Of a DNA stretch of 64,000 nucleotides, positions 24,783 to 38,889 are shown piece by piece. Numbering within the stretch: the first letter of the stretch is position 1; every line of letters begins with the position of its first letter. The notes beneath the pieces were generated by a model, which had not been told where the DNA came from, did no database searches, and worked only from the letters and a program-made list of their open reading frames with translations. The stretch spans positions 51,274,001 to 51,338,000 of the forward strand of contig NC_043005.1 of assembly GCF_006345805.1 (NCBI RefSeq), written 5' to 3'. Source of the stretch: Octopus sinensis. Lineage: Eukaryota. Both the position numbers and the translations under genes were made by a program.

Positions 24783-24853
24783 ACTTCACAATATTAAATC
24801 CGAAGGCACTGGAAGAATTGAATATACCTCTCCAGCTATATATACAGTTATAC

Positions 24854-24895
<42 letters not shown>

Positions 24896-25689
24896 TATAT
24901 AAAGATCCGTCGTTGCTGGGTCATAGTGCTAGTGCATATATATATATGTGTATATATATGTGCACATATTACATGTACATCTATATATATACATCTACAC
25001 ATAAAATACAAAATACAAAGTTATATCTTGATATCGCTAGTGATAACAATACTCAAAATATATAACAGACTGGAATTGTAAGCCCGTCTCTTGTAATTTC
25101 GATCAATTGTATCTTGTCCTCCCTCTTGTATAGAAGTGTGGCTACAATCCAGCCTACCTCTACTTCGGGGGAAGGGGGGGCATTAAAAATTTTTTTCCGG
25201 GACGTCCTACGTCCCAGATATAAAGATAAAAATAAAATATTTCCACTTTGCAAGTTCGAGTCGAGTACTCCCTTGCACGCTCCGTTGACTCGAACCTTGC
25301 TTCTATTGTGGCAAATTTACCGCCTCTGATTAGATGTCTTTCATAGTCGCACCAAGACACTTTTCAAAGGAGTTTTCCTCCATGTATTCAAATCTTTTTT
25401 CTCTACATTGTATACTTTATAGTCAATAGTCTTTTCTTTAATTTAATTTTTTATTATCCATCTGGACTATTCCATTTCTGCACGCTAATTTTATTTTTAA
25501 TTTATTTCCATTCATCTGAAACCACTTATTCAAGTTCAAGTCATTGATGCAATTTTTATTTTTTTATGTTACGATTATATTATACTTTAGTTTGATTTTA
25601 ATTATTACTTATTACATATAATTCAATTGTTATTATTATTTTTTATTGTTAAAGTCAAAGTATCTGGCATAAAATAGAGAAATGTTTTT

Positions 25690-25915
25690 GTTTCGTTTTT
25701 AACACGTGATACTGAAATAGTGGAGAAGATATGATATTGCTATGGGCTCGCTCTAGGCAAGAAGTTGAACTTTTTTTGCCCATGAAACTACATGGACCCT
25801 AAGTAAGGCATGTGTAAAATTTGAATGAAATTGGTTGTGTAGTTCTCAAGTTTTAGGGAAACACACAGACAGACAGACACACATTCTCAGTTTTATATAT
25901 ATAAAGATATATATA
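25690..25915 (+). mobile_element. Probable non-autonomous Helentron/DINE-1-like element
   Basis: tttgaatgaaattggttgtgtagtt...(cagac)n acattctcagttttatatatataaagat layout. Confidence 0.4.
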
Positions 25916-25919
25916 CACC

Positions 25920-27330
25920 CTTTTACTCTTTTACTCTAAGTAACCTATTCTGCTGGTATCCCTTCATTCTCTGGTCGTATCTTGCCATCTTTCTTTGCAA
26001 CGAGTGCTGCTTCAGTTCCTCCATTACTACTTTCAGGCCCTTTCTTTCAATATTATACTTCCTTTTCAGTGCCCTGTATTTTTGTTCGCTTTTAAGCTTC
26101 CCTTTCCCCTTTCGGTCTAACACAGAAATTTCTTTCGAGAGCATATCTAACTTTGCCTGTATTCTTCTTTTCCACCATGGGTCTTTTTTTTTTTTTGTCA
26201 TTCCCATTGTATTTTTTTTTGTTTTTTACTTCGACACCCACATTTTCTGCTACAACAATGCTTGCTGCCTTGATCAAGTTATTTGTTTCTGTGATGTTGT
26301 TTGTTCTGATGTGTTTCAAAATATCATTGACATTTTTCGCGTCTTGGTTCAGCTTCTACCGGTCAACCACTTTAAGGTTGCAAATAATGTCGCTATCGTT
26401 CTCCTGTAGTCTTAACTTTATTCTGTCGTAGATTGCATTTTGTTCATCTGTAATTTCACCATTAGTTGTATTGTCTTCTTTTAGATCATCTATATGTCTG
26501 ACATCAAGTAAACTACTATTACTCCTTTCTTGTGCTATGAGATTACTTTTTATTAGTAAGAACTGTATTTTCATCGTTATCTTTGCTGCTACTTTCCAAG
26601 ACCCGTCTTTTGCTGTGGTTTACAGTTTTGTAGTTGTACAGTATATATATTGGCAGGTGCTTACCTCCTTAATTTTTGGGGTAGGAGGGGGGCTTTTCCG
26701 TGCATTTAATTGTGTTGTTACAATAAAAGGCACGTTTACATATTCGGGTAGTCAGGGAAAAAGGAAAGATAAAATGTTCACACTAAATTGGAGATACTAA
26801 AGTTTCTAAATTTTTTGGTGAGATGTTTGTTTGTATGTCCGTTCAGAGAAGACTGTGGTGTTTTTGCAAGGATATTTACATTTTCGAATACTTAGGGAGA
26901 GAGGAACGGAAAGAAAAGGATAGTAAAATTTTTACAGAGAATTGTAGATTTAAGGTTTTAAAATTTACTGGAGATGATCTTTTGTCTGTCCGAACAGAGA
27001 AAACTGTAGTGTTCTTGCAATAAAGAGGATGTTTACATTTCCGAATACTCAAGGAGAAAGGAAAGGATAGGTATTCACGAAGTTGTAGTTATTAAAGGTT
27101 TTAAAGTCGATCGTTTATGTTCGAAAACTGTAGATATGTATGTAAGTTTCTTAACTTATTTTGAGGGAAATTCAAAATATTCACAGGATATTGTAGATAT
27201 TCAAGTCTTTGGGAGTTATTTTTCAGTTATCCTGATGGGTTGTATTAGTGTTTCTGTGTCTTCAGCTGCTGGAAGGTCAGAGCAGCGAAGAACATGTCCG
27301 GCCGCTGTCACGTCCAGCCCATTTAAAAAT
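25920..27330 (-). mobile_element. R4/Dong-like LINE 5' fragment (N-terminal ORF region and probable 5' UTR), degenerate
   Basis: ITETNNLIKAASIVVA and PWWKRRIQAKL...VMEELKQ...RYDQR..YQQNRL across frameshifted ORFs. Confidence 0.72.
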
Positions 27331-27338
27331 TATTATTA

Positions 27339-27395
<57 letters not shown>

Positions 27396-27764
27396 TACTA
27401 CTACTACTACTACTACTATTATTATTATTATCTTATTATTATTATTATTTTATTTTTATTATTATTGTTATAATTATTATTATTATTATTGCTGGCAGAA
27501 TCGTTGGCACGACTTTGCTTTTCCTCCTTTCGGTGTCTACAAATTAAGTACCAGTGGATGTAATCGATTAGTCCCTCCCACCAAATTTCAGGCCTTGCGC
27601 CTTTAAACGGACCTTCTCCGTGGGATGGAGATTTCAAAACTTGATTATGATCATTAGGATTTATTTTTCTATTTACTACTAGTGGCCTAACTGGAATCGT
27701 TTTATCTTATTCATCTTTAGATATTATACTACATGATACCTATTACGTAGTCGTACACTTCTAT

Positions 27765-28107
27765 GTGAAGGCGCATGGCTCAGTGGTTAGAGCGTCGAGC
27801 TTACGATCGTGAGGTTGTGAGCTCGAATCCCGGACCGGGCTGCGTGTTGTGTTCTTGAGCAAGGCACTTTATTTCACGTTGCTCCAGTTCACTCAGCTGT
27901 AGAAATGAGTTGCAATGTCACTGGTGCCAAGCTGTATCGACCTTTGTCTTTCCCTTGGATAACACTGGTGGTGTGGAGAGGGAGGCTGGTATGCATGGGC
28001 GACTGCTGGTCTTCCATAAACAACCTTGCCCGGACTTGTGTCTAGGAGGGTAACTTTCTAGGTGCAATTCCATGGTCATTCATGACCGAAGGGGGTCTTT
28101 ACCCCTT
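27765..28107 (+). mobile_element. Full-length tRNA-headed (CORE-like) SINE with an 11-bp target-site duplication
   Basis: A-box TGGCTCAGTGG, B-box-like GAGCTCGAATCC; TACACTTCTAT at 27754-27764 and 28108-28118. Confidence 0.88.
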
Positions 28108-28536
28108 TACACTTCTATTATGTTCTATCCATAGGAGCGGTTTTCGCCTTTTTTGAAGGATTTACACACTGATACCCTCTATGTTATATTCTATACGTAT
28201 ATCTATTTATGTTGCATGAAAATATAAAAGATGATGATTTGTGTGTTGTTATATCAATAATGATTTTATGTATTGGTGCTTTGTTTGGGGGTTTTATATT
28301 ACAGGGGTTGTTATTTTGTTTTAATGAAGTAATTATTTTACCTTTATTATATAAAATGTTAGTTGTGTTGTTATTGAGAGCCTTTCGGGGATAAACACAA
28401 ATGCATATATGTATATGTATTTATTGACTTATGAAACAGTATATTGATTGGTTGAGATTGCTGATACATTTCAGGTCTAGTGCAGAGGAATCCTTGCGTT
28501 ATAAATTAATCGAGATCATCTGGATTTTTATTTCAG

Positions 28537-28651
28537 TTGAAAAACTCACCTGGTAAAATTTATCTAAAACCTCCGATACGAACCACAAAACTGAAAATTG
28601 TTCCACAGACCGCAATGAAATTAGACCTAAAGATTGACGTAATGGGATGTA
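28537..28651 (+). CDS. Exon: F5/8 type C C-terminal part (LKNSPGKIYLKPPIRTTKLKIVPQTAMKLDLKIDVMGC), phase 0-1; absent from the ORF track
   Basis: ttttatttcag acceptor, a|gtaagt donor at 28652; P.P.R...I.P...L.ID.MGC signature. Confidence 0.88.
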
Positions 28652-28689
28652 GTAAGTATACATTTAAATATTGTTATTTTCCACTTTAT

Positions 28690-31080
28690 ATTTATGATTG
28701 GGAAAAAGTCAGCTAACCCCACGCACCCCCACCATTTACTTCCTCCCCAAAATCCACAAACCCAACAACCCTGGCCGCCCCATCGTCTCCTCCTGTAACT
28801 GCCCCACGGAGCTCATCTAAAAATACCTCGACCGTGTCCTGTCCCCCCCCCCTAGTGGCGTCTCTTCCCTCCCACATCCACGATACCAACCATGCTCTCC
28901 GGTTTTTCAAATCTTTCTCCTTTCCTCCCGGCTCCTCCAAAATCCTTTTTACTATGGACATCCAGAGCCTCTATACCGTCATCTCTCACCACGAAGGACT
29001 GCGGGCACTTCAAAACTTTCTCGACCTCCGCCCCAGCCCTGAACCCGACACCTCCACACTCATTCGTCTGGCCGAACTTGTCCTTTCTCTTAACTGTTTC
29101 TCGTTCGCGGGTGAGTTCTACCAATAGTACTCGGGAGTGGCCATGGGAACGCGAATGGGCCCCAACTATGCGAACCTGTTCGTTGGCTACGTTGAGGCCC
29201 AAATATTCTGTAATTTCACTGGTCCCACTCCCGAACTATACGGTCATTACATTGACGACATTATCGGTGCCACCTCACTCTCCCGTGAACATCTAGATTC
29301 CTTCCTCTCTTTCGTTAAATCCTTCCATCCTGCCCTCCACTTCACCTCCACTATCTCCTAAACCTCTGTCGCCTTCCTCGACATTTCGGTCAGCATTCAT
29401 CACTCCACTCTTACCACCTCCATTCACTACAAACACGCAGACTCACACTCATACCTAAACTTCTCTTCCTCCCACCCCAAACACACTAAGCTGTCCATCC
29501 CCTATTCCCAATTCCTCTGTCTACGTAGGCTCTGTAGTGACGACCATGACTTTGAGACTCAGTCTCAACTCATGGCTCGCCACTTCATCCTACGTGGATA
29601 TTCCTCACCACTATCCACACCGCCCTTGCCAGAGCACGTTCCGTAGACCGTGCATCTGCTCTCTCCCCCCGAACCCGCCCTGCAGTCTCCCGCCTCCCTT
29701 TTCCCCTCACTTACCACCCCACCACCCTATCTCTCCAACGCACCATTCTTAGAGCTTTCCGGCATCTCCAGTCTGACCCGTCCACTTCACACCTCTTCCC
29801 TAACCGACCCCTCCCCTTTTTCAAACGAGCCCATAACCTACGAGACCTCTTGTCCACAGCTTCTTCCCTGACCCTACCGCCCAACCTGGCTCGTTCCCCT
29901 GCTCCCGCCCACGTTGCCGCACTTGCCCTTACCTCTCCAACACCACCCTCCTCACTGACACCCATCACCGACCCTATCGCATCCTCTACTCCTTCACCTG
30001 CACCTCCAGCAATATCATCTATTGCATCTCCTGCTCTCTCTGCCATTCCCTGTACATCGGACAAACGGGACACCGCTTGGCTGACCGGTTCGCGGAACAC
30101 CTCCGAGACATCCGCCTTGCCAACGATACACCGGTCTCATGCCATTTCCGCTCCACCGGTCACTCCTTGGAACACCTGTCTGTGTTTTGATTGTCCTTGC
30201 GTTTGCGCCGTGAACAGGGATTAATCTTCGCTCTTCGCTCTTTTACGCCATTTGGTCTCAACTCTCCCCCCTTTTCATCTAACCCACCCCCTGACTCCTA
30301 CTTCTCTTCAGTCCTTCATCTTTTCACCCCTACTCTCTTTCCCTCCTCTTCCTTCCTTTCCCTTCTTCCCTCTTCTTCTTTCTTTTTTCTTCTTCCCCCT
30401 CTCTCTTTCTCTCTACTCCCTCACTCCCCTTCTCTTCCCCTCATCCTCCTCTCCTCTCCCCTCCTTTCCCCTCCTTTCCCCTCCTCTTCCTCTCCTTCAC
30501 CCCTCCCTTCTCCTCCCCTTCCCCATCCTTCTCCTCCTCTCCTTCTTTCTCCTCCCCTCCACCTTCTCTTCTTCTCCCCCTCTCCTTCCTTCTCCTCTCC
30601 CTCCTCCTCCTCCGCTCTCCCCCACATCTCCCCTTCCCCCTCCTCTCCCTCCTCTCTCTTCTCTCCCCCACACCACACTACACTACACCATACGACATTA
30701 CACATCACATCATACATACACACGTCCAAACCACCAGCCCTCTTCCATATGCACATACATACTCTCTTATGCACACACGCACCTTCAGGTTGGAGCGAGG
30801 TCACTTGACCCTGTTATCTCCCCTACTATCCCTCTAGTGTCTAACGTCTGACCTCTAACGTTTGACCTCCGATCTCTGACTTCTGAAATAGGAACGCCAT
30901 GTTGGATCGCTAGCCCCTACACGCAATTTTTTCTCTCCTTGTTTCTTTTCTGTGTATCTTTCTGTCGAAGAACATTAGGCTCGAAACGTAAAAGACTTGT
31001 TTTATTTCTATTCCTGAGCGCCATACTAATACATTATTTGTTTGTACTTCACCTGCCTTCGTCTTTTGTTAATTTTCGTA
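28690..31080 (+). mobile_element. Penelope-like retroelement (RT + GIY-YIG, in-frame stops) with CT-rich tract and terminal region
   Basis: LFTMDIQSLYT, AMGTRMGPNYANLFVGYVE, YIDD; IIYCISC..C..LYIGQTG.RL.DRF.EH on translation of ~30010-30110. Confidence 0.9.
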
Positions 31081-32111
31081 AACCTTCCTATTTGTCTTAT
31101 ATATAATGATGAACATACAATTACAGGTGTATGAAATGTATTTATATGAGAATTGTATTTGCAATTTACATTTAGGTCTTGTCTTTGCACCTTATCATAT
31201 GATCAGAGAATGGTTGATATAATAATGTATATAATGAGACAGATTTAATATTGAGGAAATATTATTCATAAATATAAAAGCAACAATAATATCGGTTAGC
31301 GCGAATCTTTATAGTTGAGTATTTCCTTGAGGCCAATTCATATTCATCAAAAGGCTAATGGCGAATTCATAAGACAAAAGTTTATTAAAAAAATATGCTC
31401 AATAAATTAAACAGAAAGAAAGAGATAATAGAGTGGTTGTAGTGAGAAGTAGGTAGGCTGGATGTACAAGAAGATATGAAGAGTGTATTAATAAGGCAAC
31501 CGAAAGTGTAGCTATAAGCGGATAGGTTTTAGAGGAGGGAAGATATATCAAGTGACCAAGGGATAATGAAGAAAGAGAGAGAGAAAGCAAAGAAACAATG
31601 GGAAAAAAGATAAGATAGGACTGGTGAGAATGTCAGTTAGTCGGTGCGATATATCCACTTTCTCTAAACAGGTGTTATAAAGTTGAATGATGAGAAAGAT
31701 GGGTAAAGTAAACAAAAATATAGATAAAACCTGTCAGATTATAAGGATCAGCAGTTTGATATAGTAGCTGCGACGTCTAGTATAAGTGTCCCGTATAGAA
31801 ATGTAGTAGTAGAGTAAAGACTATGATGGCGAACTACTAAACAGAGGTAAAGGAAAGAAGGGGAAAAGGTGTGTGAGAGGGAGATAAACAAGAGTTCGTT
31901 CGGGTCTGGAAGCAGAGCTTAAGTATAACATATTTCAAGATACAGTTCGAATGAAGAGAGGTCGTAATGGTAGCGAAGCTATGTAGACAAGAATAAAACA
32001 GAAGCAAAAGAGGAAACAAAGAGCAAGAAGGGATGAAAGAAAAAATATAAACACTAAGGCTTATCTGGGTCGTTCTGAGCTGACATGAAAAAGATTTACA
32101 AAAATTATGGC

Positions 32112-32595
32112 AACAGAAATTAATTACATCACAGAATTTGTTAAGCTCTTCATTCTCACGTAGTATTTCTAGGGATTTTCGGCAGCATAAATTACATGCT
32201 AGTCAACTTCCATAGTACAGTATTTCCGTGATAATGATTGGCCAGGAGATATCATAGGATATATCTTTCGCTTTGAGGTAGTATATATAAACAATCACAG
32301 AAGTAGATCTTCACTTAGTATTAGAGAAAGAGCTAACATGTTGATCTTTGATCCTATATATATTCAGCTGGAGTTATAGTGTGTGGTAGTAACTATACAC
32401 GTATATATATTTTAAAGGAGACAATGGTCCTTCAGATGGCAGTGAATGGGTATTCTAAAGCTACATGTCTTCTTATCTATAGTCTATCATTATGATGGAA
32501 ATTGACTAGCATGTAATTTATGCTGCCGAAAATGCCTAGAAATACTACGTGAGAATGAAGACCTCCTTAACAAATACTGTGATGTAGTTTCTGTC
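32112..32595. repeat. ~90-100-bp inverted repeats around a ~280-bp spacer (MITE-like)
   Basis: 32125-32215 is the reverse complement of ~32495-32586 with few mismatches. Confidence 0.75.
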
Positions 32596-32734
32596 TTATC
32601 AATTTCTGTCTTCTATATCTTAGACATAATACATTCTTTCTCTCGTCTAGATCAATACGAATGGCATTATCATCAATATTATTATTGATAATATTATTAT
32701 CACCATCATTATTACAAGCCTTAATGATTAGTGA

Positions 32735-33845
32735 CATTTCGTACGTCTTTACGTTCTTGGTTCAAATCCCGGCAACGTCGACTTTGCTTTTCATCCTTTC
32801 GGGATCAATAAAGTAAAATGCACGTACCAATTGAGTACTGGGTCGATGTAATCAACCTGCTCTCTCTCTCTCAAAATTGCTGGCCTTGTACCAAAATTTG
32901 AAACCATTATTATTGTTGTTGTTGTTGTTATTGAGTGAGAGAGCAGCACACGCTATCAAAGTGATTCTGGGTACGAATATACGAAGCCCAACATTCCCGT
33001 CATAATTACCAATCTGATAAGGGTACACCAGGCACATGCATAACGACTATATATGCGCGACATGGTGATCTTATATCAAGATAAACAGCACATGACTTTG
33101 CAGTAGGGCCCAGTTAGAATTTTCTTCAGGTCGGATAACCAATCCCGTTCAAAAGGTCCTCGAATTAGAGTTGCTTAGGAATGATGAACACAACATCCAT
33201 GTTTCCAGGGGTGACCTATTCAAACTGCAAAGAATCCCTCCTCAACACATGGCTATGTTGTTCCCTCATTACTCTTGCTCGTGATCAGAGATGCACATAT
33301 CGTCAGCCACTAAGGTATATGCTCAACTAAAGTCATGCAATTGACAAGCAAATCTATTGTATTCAGCAGAATATTTACTCTGGTCCGTCTTTTATACCAA
33401 GACAAGGCGGCGAGCTGGTAGAATCGTTAGCACGTCGGGCGAAATGCTTAGCGGCATTTCATCCCTTTTTACGTTTTGAGTTCAAATTCCATTGAGGTCG
33501 ACTTTGCCTTTCATCCTTTCGGGGGTCGAAGAAATAGTATCAGTTGAGTGCTGGGAAGGATGTAATCGACTATCCCCTCCCACAAATTTCAGGCCTTGTC
33601 CTTATAGTATAAATGATTAGTATGAAAAATGCGGCGTGCTGGCAGAATCGTTAGCACACCGGACAAAAATGCTTAGCGGCATTTCGTCCGTCCTTACGTT
33701 CTGAATTCAAATTCCGCCGTGGTGGACTTTGCCTTTCATCCTTTCGGGGTCGATAATTTAAGTGCCAGTCAAACACTGTGCTCGATGCAATCGACTTAAC
33801 CCCTACACCAAAATGGCTGCCCTTGTGGAAAAATTTGAAACCATT
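32735..33845. mobile_element. SINE copies plus an R4/Dong-like 3' end (32930-33360, - strand)
   Basis: 32930-33360 is the reverse complement of 3880-4290; three forward SINE copies at 33405-33845. Confidence 0.75.
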
Positions 33846-34723
33846 ATTATTGTTGTTGTTATTGTTATGATTATTGTGTTGCTGATAATGTAACTGTTAA
33901 TATGATTAACTCTTGCGCTAACCTATGAGTGGGCAATGGTCCTATTATAAATGCTCATAAAATATATACGGATATATATATATATATATACGGTTAAGTA
34001 ATTGAGATTCTAGTGAATTCTAAAGAATTCACATGAATATGGTCCTTAACTAGGATGCACCGGATATCTATATGGTGTTAGCCATAACGACAAGTGGGGT
34101 GATTATAAATAGAAAAAAGCAACAACAAGAATGGATTAAAATCTCGGTACGATCGTTTCGTACGAGGACATCTTTAATAAGCTCACAAAAATGCAGTGAT
34201 ACAGATGGCTCGCACTCGTCAGCCGAAAAAATATCAGAGAATTCGCAAACATCAAAAGGGGTAGATACAAAAGAGGTTGTAGGATTAACTGCATTGAAGA
34301 AAGTTCGATTCATGGAGATCTGATGAAAGGTTTTAAAACCTATAGAATTATGCATGTCTACATATAGCTCATATTGAATATTTGATCAAGTTGTATGCTT
34401 TTTTCCTATTTATATATATATATATATTTGATTTTGATTTTTCCAGTTTCAGCTAATGAGCTGTGGCCATGCTGGGGCACCGCCATATATATATATTATA
34501 TATATAATATATATTATATATAGATATATATATATCTTTCTGTTAACGGAAGGAATAACAATATTATTTACACCTTTTTAATTTCACAGTGATAGCCTTA
34601 AAAACAGCATTATGACTGCTTTGATTATGTATGTGCGTGTGTATGCGCACGCGCTGATATATGCATACGTGCAAATGGACAAGATATATGAATCTAGATT
34701 TATATACAAATGTTATCTTACAG

Positions 34724-34802
34724 ATGCCTCTTACTGGTCTGAATGGTCTCCTTGGTCAAATTGTTCATCAGACTGTAATGCGCAGAAGCAAACTAGGACG
34801 AG
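34724..34802 (+). CDS. Exon: first half of TSP1 repeat 1 (ASYWSEWSPWSNCSSDCNAQKQTRTR), phase 1-2
   Basis: atcttacag acceptor, ag|gtaagt donor; WxxWxxW and RxR motifs. Confidence 0.9.
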
Positions 34803-35152
34803 GTAAGTTTTAAAATCTCATTTAAAAATTTCTCGATCAATTATTTTTGACATAAGTACAAAGTCATGAATGATTATGAAGGGTAGTTATAAATGATTGA
34901 GTCGACTCCAGTACCCGAATTTCGAGGAAAACCAAAATTGTTACCGTCACCCTTTCAAACACAGGAAGACAAAATCGCTGATATTCGTCGAGGTCTTGAT
35001 TCAGATGATATCCAGAACGTATTAAATATTAGTTTCAAATTTTGGTACAAGGCTAGCAAATTTGAGGGAGCGATAAGTCGATTACATCGAACCTAGTGCT
35101 CAACTGATACTTATTTTATCGACCCCGAAAGGAAGAAAGGCAAATCGACCTC

Positions 35153-35188
<36 letters not shown>

Positions 35189-35415
35189 ATATATATATTA
35201 GAAGAATGAGGTCATCAGAAATCTGGATGGCTTTATATTTACAGATATTTATTAGTAGTTTACATGTTAGTATGTTTCCAGATATTTATTAGTATGTTAC
35301 ATAAAAACATGTAACATACTAATAAATATCTGTAAATATAAACCATCCAGATCTCTAAGTACCTCATTTCTTCTAATATATAATACCTGTACATCATCTC
35401 AAACCTTCTAATATA

Positions 35416-35461
<46 letters not shown>

Positions 35462-35614
35462 AATATATATATATATTGTATATGTATGTATATATATACA
35501 TATATATACATGTATATACATATATATATACATATATATACATATATATATATACATATATATATACATATATATATATTATATATATACATATATATAT
35601 ACATATATATATAC

Positions 35615-35709
<95 letters not shown>

Positions 35710-35753
35710 ATATATATATATATATACTATATAATATATATACATATATATAC

Positions 35754-35797
<44 letters not shown>

Positions 35798-35858
35798 TAC
35801 ATATATATATATATATACAATATACATATATATATATATATAATACATATATATATAT

Positions 35859-35907
<49 letters not shown>

Positions 35908-35912
35908 GATAC

Positions 35913-35962
<50 letters not shown>

Positions 35963-35999
35963 CTACATATATATATATATAGTATATATATATATACAC

Positions 36000-36066
<67 letters not shown>

Positions 36067-36108
36067 ATATATATTATTATATATATATATACATATAATA
36101 TATTATAC

Positions 36109-36148
<40 letters not shown>

Positions 36149-36225
36149 TATATAATAACATATATATATATATAGATATATATATCATATATATATATAT
36201 ATACATATATATATACATATATATA

Positions 36226-36268
<43 letters not shown>

Positions 36269-36581
36269 CATTATATATATATATACTATATATATATCTA
36301 CATATATATATACATATATATATATCATATATATATATATACATATATACATAATATATATTCTACATATATATATACATATATAATAATATATATATAT
36401 ATATATATACATATCTACTATATATATCATATATACATATATATAGATACATATATATATATATAATACATATCTATATCATATATATATATCTATAATA
36501 TAATATATATATACATATATATACATATATATATATCTATATATATATATATACATATATATAATACATATATAATATCTA

Positions 36582-36613
<32 letters not shown>

Positions 36614-36679
36614 CATATATATACATATATACATTCTAATATAATATAGATATATATATATATACATATATATATATAC

Positions 36680-36744
<65 letters not shown>

Positions 36745-37214
36745 CATATATATATAGATATATAGAATATATATATATAATACAGATATATATATATCTA
36801 TATATATATATATAGAATATATAATATTATACATATATAGATAGATATATATATAATATATATTATAAGATATATATACTATATATACTATATATATATA
36901 TCTATATATATATATATTATAGCTATAATATATATATTAATCATTATATAATATATATACATATAATATATATATATATATATTATACATATCTATATAT
37001 ATATTATATAATATATATCATATATATAGACATATATCATATATACAATATATATATATATCTATTTATATATATATATCATATATATATATATATATAT
37101 ATAATATATAATCTATATACAGATATATATATACATATATCTATATACCTATATATATATATACATATATATATATACATAATATAATATACATATATAT
37201 ATATACATATATAT

Positions 37215-37265
<51 letters not shown>

Positions 37266-37482
37266 AAATGAGAAATGCTGACAAAATAATTTAAGTAATT
37301 TAAGTATTAATTAAGTGAAGTTCTTTTAACCGGTTGCGCATTTCTGTAAATATAAACCATCCAGATCTCTAAGTACCTCATTTCTTCTAATATATAATAC
37401 CTGTACATCATCATAAAAACCTTCTAATATATATATATTATATATATATTATATATCTATATATATAATATATATATATATA

Positions 37483-37523
<41 letters not shown>

Positions 37524-37666
37524 TATATACATATATATACATATATATACATTATATACATATATATATACATATATATACATATATATATACTATATAT
37601 CAATATATATATCTATAATACATATATATATATATATATACATATATATATACATATATAGATACA

Positions 37667-37720
<54 letters not shown>

Positions 37721-37779
37721 CATTATTATATATATATATACATATACATATATATATATATACATTATATAACTATATA

Positions 37780-37818
<39 letters not shown>

Positions 37819-38064
37819 TACATATATTATACATATATATATAATATATATATTATATACATATATATATATATATACATATATACATATATATATATAC
37901 ATATATACATATATATATATATAATAACATATATATATACATATATATATATATATACATATATATATATCTATACATATATATATACATATATATTATA
38001 ATATATATATATATATATACTATATATATATACATATATATATATATACATATATAATATATAT

Positions 38065-38127
<63 letters not shown>

Positions 38128-38530
38128 CATTACATAATATATAATACTATATATATATATACATATATACATATATATATACATATATATTATATATACA
38201 TATATATACATATATATATACATATATATATATCCATATATTATAATATATATATACATATATACATATATATACATATATACATATATATATACATATT
38301 ATATATACATATATCATATATTACATATATATATATACATATATACATATATATATACATATATAATATATATATATACCTATATATAATACATATATAC
38401 ATATATATGTACATATATATCTATACATAATATATATATACATATATACATATTATAACATATTATATATATACATATATATATACATATAACATATATA
38501 TTACATATATATATATATACATATATATAC

Positions 38531-38662
<132 letters not shown>

Positions 38663-38759
38663 ATATAAAATATTATTCGAGACAAACCACTATTTTGCAA
38701 AACAAACAAGGAAAGACTTAATTAATACATAAAATTTTAATAAATAGTCAAAAAAACCG

Positions 38760-38802
38760 CCACTACAATCGTTTCTTGTCTTGATCGACAATCTTCAGGT
38801 GG
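38760..38802 (-). ncRNA. Minimal type I hammerhead ribozyme motif (intact copy)
   Basis: - strand: CCAC-CUGAAGA-UUGUC-GAUCAA-GACAA-GAAAC-GAUU-GUA-GUGG; 4-bp stem I, 5-bp stem II, complete core. Confidence 0.78.
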
Positions 38803-38848
38803 ACTTCCAATAATTCAGTGTCAAATTTGACACGAAATTATTGGAAGT

Positions 38849-38889
38849 CCACCTGAAGATTGTCGATCAAGACGAAACGATTGTAGTGG
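38849..38889 (+). ncRNA. Mirror hammerhead copy with 2 nt missing from stem II (probably impaired)
   Basis: CCAC-CUGAAGA-UUGUC-GAUCAA-GAC--GAAAC-GAUU-GUA-GUGG. Confidence 0.55.

Noticed and set aside
27136-27330. FEGNS...VILMGC looks like an FA58C C-terminus
   Set aside because: No fitting splice sites, lies in a LINE 5' region, and exon 28537-28651 completes the domain with correct phases
27770-27840. tRNA-like sequence with A and B boxes
   Set aside because: Head of a SINE bounded by an 11-bp TSD; no complete acceptor stem
30191-30851. Pro/Ser/Leu-rich and Glu/Gly/Arg-rich ORFs
   Set aside because: Translations of a CT-rich low-complexity tract
34320-34365. CTGATGA followed by a palindromic stem
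   Set aside because: No proper GAAA box and stem I does not register; at best a decayed hammerhead
35212-35218. CTGATGA on the - strand in the first fold-back island
   Set aside because: Runs into (TA)n with no stem II or GAAA
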